A program made the translations under genes and the position numbers. Positions 18,333-28,176 of a DNA stretch of 64,000 nt are shown piece by piece. The notes beneath the pieces are model-generated. The model had not been told where the DNA came from, did no database searches, and worked only from the letters and a program-made list of their open reading frames with translations. How positions within the stretch are numbered: position 1 is the stretch's first letter; every line of letters begins with the position of its first letter. This DNA comes from Candidatus Latescibacterota bacterium (GTDB taxonomy: Bacteria; Latescibacterota; UBA2968; GCA-2709665), in assembly GCA_965116875.1 (NCBI GenBank), contig OZ220733.1, forward strand, positions 1,472,001-1,536,000, read 5' to 3'.

Positions 18333-20453
18333 CTATTGCTCCTCATTGAGGTATAGATTGAACCAGTTGAGTACGCTCTCGTAATAGTCCCTTGTATTCT
18401 TTGCCGACCAGTCGGTGACAAGATGGCTCTCACGCCTATATTCTCGCATTTCCACCCGTTTGCCGAGTTGCCTGAGACCGAGAAACGTCTCCCTTGCACT
18501 CGCCGATGTTAGCACATCCTGGGTCCCCCATATAACCAACGCCGGCGCTTCGACCTGTTCGAAAGCGAAAAGCGGTGAGTTTTCGATATAGGCGTCTCGT
18601 TTCTCCCAGAGACTTCCACCATTTCGAGCCTGCCGGCCCTCGCACCACGCCATTCCATTTACATCTACAAGATAGGTGCTGGCCATGTTGATTCCGGCCG
18701 GCGCATTGGCAACCGCGGCGCGAAAGGCCTGTGTCTGCGTTACCAATGCCATGACACCATAACCACCATAGCTGTGTCCCCAGACACCGATTCGATTCTT
18801 GTCGGCGAAACCCATATCTATGGCGCGATTAACAGCCGGTAGTGTTACACCTACGATCTGATCAATCGGGTTGTCGTCCTCCATGATCGAGTCCGGATAT
18901 AGCGCAGCATAGCCGGCACTGGTGAGTAACTGCGCTTCCGAGTAATACCTGTCGCTCTTTGAAAATTGACCCCCCGGATAGATGGTAACAACCATAGGTA
19001 GTCGATGGCCCACCAGATGGTCTTCGGGCAGAAAAAGGGCTGCCTCCTGTACACGACCGTTCGCGTCCTTGAATTCGATGGCCTTGCGCACCGGTTTTGC
19101 CACACCACGTCGCCAGGGATTGGTATTAAATAACGTCTTTGCCTCTCCACTTTCGAGACTGTACGCATGTACCATCTCGTCAAATTCGACTTTTCCACGC
19201 GCGAAAACGAAACGTCCGGATGCGACCAGTGTGAATTCATCAGGGCTCGAAAGCTGCGCGGGACAAACCCTGCTCGTCTCGCCGGAAACAGAGTGGATGC
19301 GGACGATATAGTCCAGGCTATCGCGTGTGTCAGTCGAATGGGCAAGAATGTCGCCCCGATCATCCGTATGAAGGACTGATTCTCCGTACCGTTGTGCAAT
19401 CGCATTTATTCTTAGGTGATTGCCAGCCAAATCTTGGGAGAGTTGGCCGCTGCTACCGTCCTCGATGGACAGGTGATACAAACTTCCTTTTTGGAGCCAT
19501 ATAACACGTCTGCTATCAGCAGTCCACCACGGTATTTGACGGTTACCCAGGTACGAAGTGAACTTTGTAACCAATGCAGGCTCAGTCGATCCGTCCGCAG
19601 GTGCTAAGTGGAGGCATAGAGGTTCTCCATAGTCTCCACCGGTGACATAGGAAATCGTCTTGCAATCGGGCGACCACGAGAAACGACAAGCATACGTGTT
19701 GACCGGTACGTTCCTGGCGACCGTATAAGGATCGAGACCATCAAACGGGACGACATTCACGTCGGCAATGACATGGGGACGACCCACGGGATTTGAAATG
19801 TTACTGAGAAACGCGACGGCTCGCCCATCAGGAGCCGCGCGCAGGGGCCGAGGCTTGAGTCCCGGTGCAAACTCCGTAACAACACCTGATTCTACGTCTA
19901 AAACGCCGACGCATTTTTCAACTATGTGCTGCTCATAGAATGGCCTATTCTGATCTGAGGCTGACCGTCCCGGAACGTAAGATCTCACAATGATGTCAGT
20001 AGATACAGTAGTGTCACGGGAATTCGGGATCAGCGGAACCACGATGCGGCGACAGTCAGGAGTCCATTGGGGAACTTCAAAATTGGAAATCCACGGGATC
20101 CTGGCGTTTGATACAATAGTCACTTCGTGTGTGTGTTTGTTCCACAATCCTATACAGGCATGAGCATCTTCTGCAACCACGTATGCGGCAAGCGTCTGTC
20201 CATCTGGAGACCATCGCCCTGACCAACTCATTTGCAGATCGGAAAACGGCTCCATGGGCTCGCCTGATTCAACGTCGATCAGGACAATGTGTGCGCCGTT
20301 TTCCTGACCCTTACTGGGATCGCGTGGGACGCGACGCTTCCCCTGACTGAGCGTTACCGCAAGCAATCCGCCGTCAGGCGAGATATCCCAGGGGCAACGG
20401 TTGGTAAACCGGGTGACGTTCAACAAGTCATCGATTGTGAATGGTCGCGACAT
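18333..20453 (-). CDS. S9 family peptidase (prolyl oligopeptidase/acylaminoacyl peptidase) with a TolB-like beta-propeller
   Basis: SPDG/WSPD propeller repeats; GVWGHSYGG nucleophile elbow, GTQD (Asp), ESH (His). Confidence 0.9.
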   Translation of the reverse strand: MSRPFTIDDLLNVTRFTNRCPWDISPDGGLLAVTLSQGKRRVPRDPSKGQENGAHIVLIDVESGEPMEPFSDLQMSWSGRWSPDGQTLAAYVVAEDAHACIGLWNKHTHEVTIVSNARIPWISNFEVPQWTPDCRRIVVPLIPNSRDTTVSTDIIVRSYVPGRSASDQNRPFYEQHIVEKCVGVLDVESGVVTEFAPGLKPRPLRAAPDGRAVAFLSNISNPVGRPHVIADVNVVPFDGLDPYTVARNVPVNTYACRFSWSPDCKTISYVTGGDYGEPLCLHLAPADGSTEPALVTKFTSYLGNRQIPWWTADSRRVIWLQKGSLYHLSIEDGSSGQLSQDLAGNHLRINAIAQRYGESVLHTDDRGDILAHSTDTRDSLDYIVRIHSVSGETSRVCPAQLSSPDEFTLVASGRFVFARGKVEFDEMVHAYSLESGEAKTLFNTNPWRRGVAKPVRKAIEFKDANGRVQEAALFLPEDHLVGHRLPMVVTIYPGGQFSKSDRYYSEAQLLTSAGYAALYPDSIMEDDNPIDQIVGVTLPAVNRAIDMGFADKNRIGVWGHSYGGYGVMALVTQTQAFRAAVANAPAGINMASTYLVDVNGMAWCEGRQARNGGSLWEKRDAYIENSPLFAFEQVEAPALVIWGTQDVLTSASARETFLGLRQLGKRVEMREYRRESHLVTDWSAKNTRDYYESVLNWFNLYLNEEQ

Positions 20454-20734
20454 ATCTGTCTCTCCTGGGGCTTACTGCTGTTGGTACCCGCTCTAGGCGA
20501 CTGAGCGTCTGGGTTCTGATTTGACCCCGTCTGCCACTAAGTTGGTATTCTTCTAAATATCTCCGCCGCGTTGGAGACGACCTCGTGCCACAGCCTGCGT
20601 CCCAATTCAGCATTCGCTTTTGACACATCGCCGATGACGCCATTATCCGAATATTTCGTGAAGCGGACGGACGGATACATTCGAGCCGGACCGTCGCCCT
20701 GCGTTTATACAGGGCGCTCGAGGTAGTGAAACTA

Positions 20735-21528
20735 TCGGCCTGTCCGCACCAGGAACGTGCGGCAGTTCCCTACGCCAGTGGCCTCTTCATTTACGAGAGG
20801 GATTTCCTTCAGAAAGTCATAGTACTCTGGAGGAATGCCTTGTTTTCGTATCCGTTAACACGTGAGAACTATGTCGTGTAGGAAATCACAAAACGTCCCC
20901 ACCCGTAGTTGAAGTAAATCGTCGCAAAGTCGATGAACGCAGGCGACAACGCGTATTTCTCGCGTGCTTCACCCAGAAGTTCAAATTGATCCTGCCGCCA
21001 CCCTGCTATTTTCCTGGAAAAGTCCTCCACCTTGAGATCCACGTAGTCCAGTTCCCGTTGGAAGCTGCGAAATCGTGGGATCTACTCGGAAATGAAGCGA
21101 CTGTTGTCAGCATTCTGGCCGCTGAACCAAAGGGAGGATGATAAAAAGCTTGGTTTGATGACAACGTGCAGGCTGTCTCCGGGTTCAACGAAAAAGGCTA
21201 TGGGACTCGGAGGTCCGAAGACGTAGGATACGATTCGTCCCATCCATCTCCACGTCGGTGTTCTGGTTGTATAACGGCAGACAACATAGTTCGCACGTGA
21301 AAGAGGTATGGTGATTGCAAAGCGATTGTGGCTATCGAGAACCACGCGCTGCTCGGAGTTTCTTGCCAGAGCGAGTGGAGACTGGAAGTTGAAAGTTATT
21401 TCCCGCGAGGTCGGATCTCGTACTTCCCCCGTAATGATCGCAATCGATGCCTCGCTGCTTTCCGCGGTCAAAGCGGCAACTGGCAAGACGAGTATGGCAA
21501 CGAGGACATTCGCACATATGTTCTTCAT
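20735..21528 (-). pseudogene. Pseudogene paralog of the N-terminal half of the 13658-15733 TlpA-like protein
   Basis: MKN...AESSE.SIAIITGEVRDPTSREITF...FVEPGDSLH. Similarity continues past a TAG at 21084-21082 (WRQDQFELL, YALSP, YDFLKEIPLVNE, FLVRT) through a second TAG and a frameshift. Confidence 0.85.
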
Positions 21529-21677
21529 GCCACGATCCCCATTGGTTCAGTTTTCGGTTCACGTGGAACTCAAAGACCAACATTACCCTGGAGCGAAGTC
21601 TGCAGCTGGCCGATGTGACGAATCTAACCCGATTGGCTGGTTAGTTCCGCAGCGGCGGTTAATGACACGACCGTGAA

Positions 21678-23708
21678 TTATTCCGCTTTCCTCGGATTTT
21701 CGAAGATGGCCAGGTGGTTGTTCAGAAGGGCGTAAATATGATCGTCGGCGACTATAAACATGTCACTCGCCAAGTGATTCATCAGAGTCTTTCGGTCAAA
21801 TCTATTGAGACCGCGCAAATACGCGCTGTAGACGCCAGTCCCCAGTTGTTGTCCTTCCCGCCTCGAAAAGGTGCCGAAGCGGGTCTTAACGTAGGTCTGG
21901 ATGTCTCCCCCAAGCAGTGCGTATGCGGATTCTCCCGCAATGGTCATTCCTCGAGGAAGATGTGTCCAGGGTATGTAATCGACCTCGACCGGTTTCCGAG
22001 GGTCGCTAATGTCCACGACCGCGATTTCCCGTGGCAAGTGCCTCTCTATATATGCTCTGTTGTGCCCAACGGAAAGGGGTCCCAATCCAGGCGGCGCAGG
22101 AACCACGTATTCCTGTAACTCGTCGGGTTCCAAATGCGTTATATGCTCTCCTGGACCTCCTGGTGACATCTTTCTGCGAAATTCTTCGACCATTTTCTCA
22201 TAATGAACGGCACGTCCAAACCGACGAAGTGAGATTCGACTCAATTCTCTGGATGCTCCAGGATCGGACAGATCAAGGACCACAAAATCGTGTCCGAGCG
22301 TAAGAAACGCATGCGGCCCGACGATCCGCATTTTCCACCCGTTGTTCCATGCATGTTTTGTTACCTCTTCAATAGGCAAGGCTTGAATTCGTTGTGGCGG
22401 ACCGCCTTTTCGAACGTCGAAACAGTGCAACTCCAGAAACTCATTGTGTAGCAAACCGACGTACAGGTAGCCATCCCATACCCCCCACCCCACAAGCCGG
22501 GGAATGCGCCGCAGCCAGGGTGTCGGGCCTTTGGCTATTGGATGAAACAGGCTCGGTGCCTGTAGAAGGGGGCGATCGGGCTGGCTGAGATCAAACACCG
22601 CAACGCCTGCACTGTCCCGGACCTCGCCCCATACATAGGCACGCGGTCCGTACAAGGCCAGGCGCTCGAACCGCCAGTCATTCCTTTCGATCCGGCCTAC
22701 CTCCGAGGGGCCCAGCGGGTCCGTCACATCCACCACGCTCAGGCCACGCTTCAGCAACACAACCGCCAGCCCATCGTCTAACGCCATATCCGCAGTGTTT
22801 GACTTGTATTGCAAGTTACCCACAGGCTTTGTTATTCCACGGGGGGATGTGGCGTCGTCCAGCCCTATGACGGCAATTGCACCAACTATCGCGAGCGCTC
22901 CGACAACCCATTGAAAGCGCCCACTCGCCTGCACTCTGAACACCCTGCAGGCACAGAGTAAAGACCCGCAAGCCAGCAGGATGGTTACTCCGGAACTGGC
23001 AAACAGGAGGGATGTATCTAACGCCAGTCGGACAATTTCCTCGTCTGCCACTATGTCGGGAACGGACAACAGCCTGAAATAGAACACGGCGATATCAGGA
23101 GCCCAAATCCTCCCGACCAGGATTAATACGAATGCAATCCAGACGGACATCAGGCTGGTCAAGGCCGTCTTGAGCGGATGGTCGGTTAGTGTCGAGGCAA
23201 TTGCGGCCCAGCTGTAGGGAACCAGATAGAATGAAAACCACAACAACCACACCCTGATAAAACCAACGTCGGCCAGAATCTCTTGCCATGGGAAATACGT
23301 GCGTGCGCTCAAGTCTATATCCTGAAAATAACCGGTACGCAAAAGGAAGATTCCAGTTTCGGGCATTCCCAGGAATACGCTAAACCAGAACGCTGCGACG
23401 ACTACCGCCAGCCCCGCGGCTCCAACTGTGAATTGCACCACCAGAATCTTCCAAGTATCCAGCGGCCGGCATAGCAGGAAAGGCAGCGTCATCCGGCTCC
23501 GCTCCCGCGAAATGAAGTCCATTCCCATCAGCACAGCGCCGAAAAGTCCTACCAGATGGCTCATAATCTGGACTTCAGTTCCCCCGGAAAGCGTCCCTTC
23601 TGCGCGTGCACACACGAGCCCGACGACAAACGCCAGACCGGCGCCCGCAGCGACTTTGTAGGCGGCCTCGCGTCCTTCTTTCCAGAATAAAGCCAGAGTC
23701 GGGTTCAT
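21678..23708 (-). CDS. ABC-2 type permease fused to a C-terminal LVIVD-repeat (beta-propeller) domain
   Basis: ALFWKE start, multiple TM helices, ER..TL.FLL.RP permease motif; repeats VVDVTDP, VFDLSQP, VLDLSDP, VVDISDP. Confidence 0.8.
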   Translation of the reverse strand: MNPTLALFWKEGREAAYKVAAGAGLAFVVGLVCARAEGTLSGGTEVQIMSHLVGLFGAVLMGMDFISRERSRMTLPFLLCRPLDTWKILVVQFTVGAAGLAVVVAAFWFSVFLGMPETGIFLLRTGYFQDIDLSARTYFPWQEILADVGFIRVWLLWFSFYLVPYSWAAIASTLTDHPLKTALTSLMSVWIAFVLILVGRIWAPDIAVFYFRLLSVPDIVADEEIVRLALDTSLLFASSGVTILLACGSLLCACRVFRVQASGRFQWVVGALAIVGAIAVIGLDDATSPRGITKPVGNLQYKSNTADMALDDGLAVVLLKRGLSVVDVTDPLGPSEVGRIERNDWRFERLALYGPRAYVWGEVRDSAGVAVFDLSQPDRPLLQAPSLFHPIAKGPTPWLRRIPRLVGWGVWDGYLYVGLLHNEFLELHCFDVRKGGPPQRIQALPIEEVTKHAWNNGWKMRIVGPHAFLTLGHDFVVLDLSDPGASRELSRISLRRFGRAVHYEKMVEEFRRKMSPGGPGEHITHLEPDELQEYVVPAPPGLGPLSVGHNRAYIERHLPREIAVVDISDPRKPVEVDYIPWTHLPRGMTIAGESAYALLGGDIQTYVKTRFGTFSRREGQQLGTGVYSAYLRGLNRFDRKTLMNHLASDMFIVADDHIYALLNNHLAIFENPRKAE

Positions 23709-24604
23709 GGCTGTCCTCCCGTTTCAGGCCGGACGTGGGCGACGAACGCCTCCTCCAGACCCACGTCCATGACGTCCTCGATATGCCCGCCCTGCGCCCG
23801 AATGCGCGCGGCCTGTGCCTCGCCGTACCCCACCACCGTCAACATCCGCCGCGGCCCCTCTCCCTGCACCTGTCGCAGACCCTCGATATCGGACAGTTCA
23901 TCCGCCCCATCCGGCATGCGCGCGACCACCCGCTTGACCGACCCTTTCACCTCGTCCACGGTCCCGTCGGCCACCAGACGGCCATTGTCGATAATGGCCA
24001 CGCGGTCGGCCACGCGCTCCACCTCGTGCACGAGATGCGAGGACAGGAAGACGGTGCGCCCTTCCTCCTGGATGAGACCGATAATGCTCTCCAGGAAATC
24101 GCGCCGCACCACCACGTCCAGCCCGGAGGCCGGCTCGTCCAGGATCAGCAGCCGGGGCTCGTGCCCCAGGGCCAGAGCGAGGGCCAATTGAGCGTTCATC
24201 CCCCGGGACAGATGCTTGACCCTCCGCTCCGGATCCAGATCGAACCGGCTGATAAGGCCGTCCACCCGGGCCTGATTCCAGGTCTCGTAGAACTGCCCGG
24301 TGAACCACACGATTTCACGCACCTTCATCCAGCCGTACATCACACGATTTTCCGCCACGTACCCCACCTGCCGCCTGATGGCCAGGGAGTCCGCGGCCGG
24401 GTTCAGCCCCAGGACCTCGACCGACCCGGCCGTTGGCTGCAGCAGGTTCATGAGAATCTGGATCGTTGTGGTCTTGCCTGCGCCGTTTCGGCCGAGGAAG
24501 CCGCACACGGTACCCGCGGGCACCTCCAGATGCAGGTCGTCCACGGCCGTGAGCTTGCCGAATCGATGGGTAAGACCTTCGGTGGCGATCGCTGTACCGT
24601 TCAT
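23705..24604 (-). CDS. ABC transporter ATP-binding protein (YtrB-like)
   Basis: GRNGAGKTT, LSRGM, LILDEP, SSH. Confidence 0.95.
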   Translation of the reverse strand: MNGTAIATEGLTHRFGKLTAVDDLHLEVPAGTVCGFLGRNGAGKTTTIQILMNLLQPTAGSVEVLGLNPAADSLAIRRQVGYVAENRVMYGWMKVREIVWFTGQFYETWNQARVDGLISRFDLDPERRVKHLSRGMNAQLALALALGHEPRLLILDEPASGLDVVVRRDFLESIIGLIQEEGRTVFLSSHLVHEVERVADRVAIIDNGRLVADGTVDEVKGSVKRVVARMPDGADELSDIEGLRQVQGEGPRRMLTVVGYGEAQAARIRAQGGHIEDVMDVGLEEAFVAHVRPETGGQP

Positions 24605-24623
24605 GACGACTCCTTCCTCCCGG

Positions 24624-25013
24624 TCAATCTTCTTTCCGAAACCGGTCGAGGCGTTCCCGGACCACCTGCTCCATCTCTTCCGGGCTCAGTTCCAGTTCCA
24701 CACCCTGAACGAGCGCCCTGTCGAGCAATTCCCTCACGATCTCCAACTTTTCTTCGCGGGATATGGTGACGTCCCGCTCGGAGACGTACGTGCCCAATCC
24801 CCGTTTCTTGTAGATCAGGCCGTCACGCTCCAGCTCCCGATAGGCGCGCGCCACCGTATTCGGGTTGATCAGGTACTGGCCGGCGAGTTCCCGAACCGAG
24901 GGTAACTCTTCATTCGGCTTCAGCACCCCCCGTGCCATCTGGTACCGGATCTGTTCGATCATCTGCAGGTAGATGGGCACCCCATTGGCTGAATCGATGC
25001 GCAAGGGCAGCAT
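24624..25013 (-). CDS. GntR family transcriptional regulator, YtrA subfamily
   Basis: PIYLQM, LPSVRELA, INPNTVARAYRELE, RGLGTYV; short C-terminus; sits upstream of ABC genes. Confidence 0.93.
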   Translation of the reverse strand: MLPLRIDSANGVPIYLQMIEQIRYQMARGVLKPNEELPSVRELAGQYLINPNTVARAYRELERDGLIYKKRGLGTYVSERDVTISREEKLEIVRELLDRALVQGVELELSPEEMEQVVRERLDRFRKED

Positions 25014-25137
25014 GAAGACGCTCCTGATCCTTTCTCAGGCTGTGCAAACGCAATCAGACGCACGCGAGCGGCCGAGTGCACAAAAAAACCGTGAGTTTTC
25101 AGGTCTCGCGCCGCATTGCAAGATGATGCGCCTACAG

Positions 25138-25197
25138 TATTACTGTATCAGTGAACCGATACAGTAATATACTAACCAATCGGGTCCCGAAATGCAA
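25138..25197 (-). promoter_or_regulatory. Promoter and palindromic operator for the YtrA-ABC operon
   Basis: Minus-strand TTGCAT-N17-TAGTAT (25197-25169); perfect 12-bp inverted repeat TATTACTGTATC-N8-GATACAGTAATA (25138-25169) covering the expected start site. Confidence 0.7.
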
Positions 25198-25251
25198 GTT
25201 TATTTTAGTCAACCGGTGAAAATGGAGCACATCGACCGTCGCAGGAGGCGT

Positions 25252-25459
25252 GGCGCCCACAAGGGACGCCCCTACAAAGGATGAAGATGCAATCAGTAAA
25301 GTGAATTCGCACAGTATTGTAGCGGGAAATGTCAATTCGCGACACGACGGACGGAGATGTAGCGCGAATTGCCGATTTCCGGCACGGCATTCGCATATGA
25401 TCATTCAGCGGAGACAGGCAATTTCAGCACGACGGGCGCCCACAAGGGACGCCCCTACA
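25252..25459 (-). repeat. Two GTAG-type REP sequences in direct orientation
   Basis: GGCGCCCACAAGGGACGCCCCTACA at 25252-25276 and 25435-25459; same unit at 36761 and 36840. Confidence 0.8.
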
Positions 25460-25620
25460 CGGCGAGGGGGAACGTGAAGGAAAGGTGGAGGCGTCGAGGA
25501 AGTGCCTTTGAAGGAGGGGCGGACAATCGTGTGTGCCCTTTACATTAAAGCGCTTCCCATTGACAACCCGCGGCTTTGTTCGTTATTTTGTTCTATTGGC
25601 GCGATAGGGGAGAAACCGGA

Positions 25621-26016
25621 ATGAAGTGGGTGTCCATCTGGAGCGTCAAACAAACTGACAGGATCTTGTTTGGGGTTGTTTCGGTTCTGTTGTTCTTGTA
25701 TGGGGTGCGGGATCTCGTTTCCAGAAAGAATTGGTCCAGCCTTTATTTCTCCGAAGACATTGTCATTTTGGGCGCCTGGTCGGTTACTGTCGCCTACTTC
25801 ACTATAGGGGCAATTGACATCATGGTTATGATTGTTGGGACGATGACAGAATATGTGGCCGAATGGTATAAAAACAGAGTCCTCGAAAATGCGCGGGTAG
25901 AGATCCGGGAACAGGTTCGGGAAGAGATCCGGGAAGAGATCCGGGAACAGGTTCGAAAGGAAGTCCTACAGGAACTACGTGAGGGCGGGCAGGACAATAC
26001 AGATGGGATCAAGTAA
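25621..26016 (+). CDS. Hypothetical membrane protein with a C-terminal tandem 4-aa charged repeat
   Basis: GGGGAG RBS; two hydrophobic segments; IREQVREEIREEIREQVRKEV encoded by 12-bp tandem repeats; TTGACA-N18-TATTTT upstream. Confidence 0.6.
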   Translation: MKWVSIWSVKQTDRILFGVVSVLLFLYGVRDLVSRKNWSSLYFSEDIVILGAWSVTVAYFTIGAIDIMVMIVGTMTEYVAEWYKNRVLENARVEIREQVREEIREEIREQVRKEVLQELREGGQDNTDGIK

Positions 26017-26383
26017 GCTGAAGATCTCGCGTCGTCGGCTGTCTTCAGACCGATCACAGAAAGAGTCGCTCAATATATGGGCAATGCAATCGGAGTCGTT
26101 CAAGTAAGCAAATAGCTACCAAGAGTCCCATTGTGCCTGGAATTTTGCCCCCCGGAGGATCGTATTCTCCGGCCGACGCTCCTGTCCGCGGCAGGGGCGT
26201 TTCTATATGTACCCAACATGAGGGAGTTCGCGGTTTGAGAGGAGCCAGTTCGAACAGATGCGGCTTGATCGGCGTCGCGATCCGTGTTATATAAACAGGT
26301 CTGCACGCCGTGACGTAGCGAAAGTTGGCGACTCAGTTAACCGATTCTCCCTGCGGAATCGGTTCGAACGGGAGCGGGATGTC

Positions 26384-27061
26384 TTGTTGACCTCTGAAGA
26401 GTGGGCGGTTCTGGCGCTGTCGCTTCGCGTGGGTCTGGTTTGCGTCGTATTGAGCCTGCCGGCGGCGGTGGTTCTGGGATGGGTGCTCGCCCGGCGCGAA
26501 TTCCGGGGCAAGGTGCTGCTGGACGGGCTGTGCCACCTGCCCCTGGTGCTGCCGCCCGTTGTAACCGGCTACGTTCTGCTGTTGCTGTTCAGCCGTCGCG
26601 GCGTCCTGGGTGGATTCTTCGAGGAGGCCCTGGGCATCCAGGTGGCCTTTTCGTGGAAGGGGGCCGCGCTGGCGTCGGCCGTTGTGGGGTTCCCGCTGGC
26701 CTTGCGCGCCGTCCGTCTGGCCATCGAGCACGTGGACCCCCGGCTGGAGCAGGCCGCCCGCACATTGGGCGCGAGCCCCTTCCGGGTCTTTATGACGGTA
26801 ACGATGCGGCTGGCCGCGCCCGGGCTGCTGGTCGGCGCGCTGCTGGCGTTCGCAAGAAGCCTGGGGGAGTTCGGCGCGACGATTACCTTTGCGTCGAATA
26901 TCGCCGGGGAGACACGGACCCTTCCACTCGCCATTTACACGTTCATCAACCGGCCGGGCGGGGACGCCGCGGTGGCGCGCCTGGCGATTCTCTCCGTGAT
27001 CGTGTCATTCGCGGCGCTGGTGGCCAGCGAGGCGGTGGCCCGGAGAATGAGGAGAAACTGA
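26384..27061 (+). CDS. modB: Molybdate ABC transporter permease
   Basis: LPLVLPPVVTGY, LEQAARTLGA, FARSLGEFGAT, TRTLPLAIY. Confidence 0.93.
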   Translation: MLTSEEWAVLALSLRVGLVCVVLSLPAAVVLGWVLARREFRGKVLLDGLCHLPLVLPPVVTGYVLLLLFSRRGVLGGFFEEALGIQVAFSWKGAALASAVVGFPLALRAVRLAIEHVDPRLEQAARTLGASPFRVFMTVTMRLAAPGLLVGALLAFARSLGEFGATITFASNIAGETRTLPLAIYTFINRPGGDAAVARLAILSVIVSFAALVASEAVARRMRRN

Positions 27062-27062
27062 C

Positions 27063-28142
27063 GTGCTCTCCATCCGCGTGAAGCGGGCGCTTGCGGATTT
27101 CACCCTGGACGTGGCGGTGGATTGTTCCTACCCCGTAACGGCGGTTTTCGGTCCTTCCGGAGCCGGGAAAACCACGCTGCTGAACCTTGTCGCGGGGCTG
27201 CTGCGGCCGGACGCCGGCGAGATCCGCCTGGGCAGCCGCGTGCTTTTTTCGTCCGAATCGGGTATCGATCTGCCGCCCGAACGCCGCCGCGTGGGGTACG
27301 TATTTCAGGAGGACCTGTTGTTTCCCCATCTGTCCGTATTGGAAAACCTGCGGTACGGATACGATCTGCTGTCTCCGGAATCCCGCCGGTTCGAGGTGGA
27401 GCCGATTGGGGACCTGATGGGCTTGACGGGGTTCCTGGACAGGCGTCCCTCGCGTCTTTCCGGCGGCGAGCGGCAGCGGGTGGCCCTTGCGCGGGCGATT
27501 CTGACGTCGCCGGACCTGCTCCTGATGGACGAGCCCCTGGCATCGCTGGATCAGGAGTTGAAAGATCGCATCATCCCGTACCTGCGGCACATCAGGACGG
27601 ACCTGGGCATTCCGATCCTCTACGTGAGCCATTCGGTCGCAGAGATCCTGGAGTTGACGGGTCAGGTGATCGTACTGAAGGCCGGGCGCGTGCTTGCGCA
27701 CGGCGACTTCTTTCACGTCGCCCATCTCCCCGAGGTGCTGCCGCTGGCAGAGGCGCACGGGTTCGAAAACGTCCTGCCGGTTGAAGTGGTGGGGCAGGAC
27801 GGGATCCGAAAGGGCTGCCGCGTGCGTTTTGGAAACCAGCACCTTCGTGTGCCCCCCTGCGACAGGCCGGTGGGAAGCCGGATTTTCATCGGCATCCGCG
27901 CAAACGACATTATCCTGTGCAGAAAACGGCCCGAGGGTCTGAGCATCCGCAATGCGATGCGGGGCCGGATCCTCGACATGCAGGACGTGGACGGAAAGCA
28001 ACTGGTCTACGTGGACGTGGGAAAACGGCTGGCCGTGGAGGTGACGCTGGAGGCGCTGGAAGAGTTGGGCCTCGAGGCGGGAGACGCCGTGATGTGTCTG
28101 GTGAAGGCCCACTCGATCCGGATCGGACCGGACATGGATTGA
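27063..28142 (+). CDS. modC: Molybdate ABC transporter ATP-binding protein
   Basis: GPSGAGKT, LPPERRRVGYVFQ, LSGGERQR, C-terminal TOBE/Mop domain (SIRN...EELGL...VKA). Confidence 0.93.
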   Translation: MLSIRVKRALADFTLDVAVDCSYPVTAVFGPSGAGKTTLLNLVAGLLRPDAGEIRLGSRVLFSSESGIDLPPERRRVGYVFQEDLLFPHLSVLENLRYGYDLLSPESRRFEVEPIGDLMGLTGFLDRRPSRLSGGERQRVALARAILTSPDLLLMDEPLASLDQELKDRIIPYLRHIRTDLGIPILYVSHSVAEILELTGQVIVLKAGRVLAHGDFFHVAHLPEVLPLAEAHGFENVLPVEVVGQDGIRKGCRVRFGNQHLRVPPCDRPVGSRIFIGIRANDIILCRKRPEGLSIRNAMRGRILDMQDVDGKQLVYVDVGKRLAVEVTLEALEELGLEAGDAVMCLVKAHSIRIGPDMD

Positions 28143-28176
28143 CGGTGGGCGGGCGACCACGCGCGGGCGGCGAACT

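Noticed and set aside
20460-20640. Integron attC sites or a RiPP precursor near the S9/S41 peptidases
   Set aside because: No convincing RYYYAAC...GTTRRRY pair, no integrase, and no modification enzymes or precursor-like ORF.
20830-21084. TAG readthrough (pyrrolysine or amber recoding) in the TlpA paralog and at about 17835
   Set aside because: Two of the TAGs replace Trp codons (TGG to TAG) and come with a frameshift, truncation and loss of CxxC, so this is ordinary decay.
26270-26320. ModE box or Moco riboswitch upstream of modB
   Set aside because: Only a half-site (GTTATATA) is visible and I found no recognisable Moco RNA motif.
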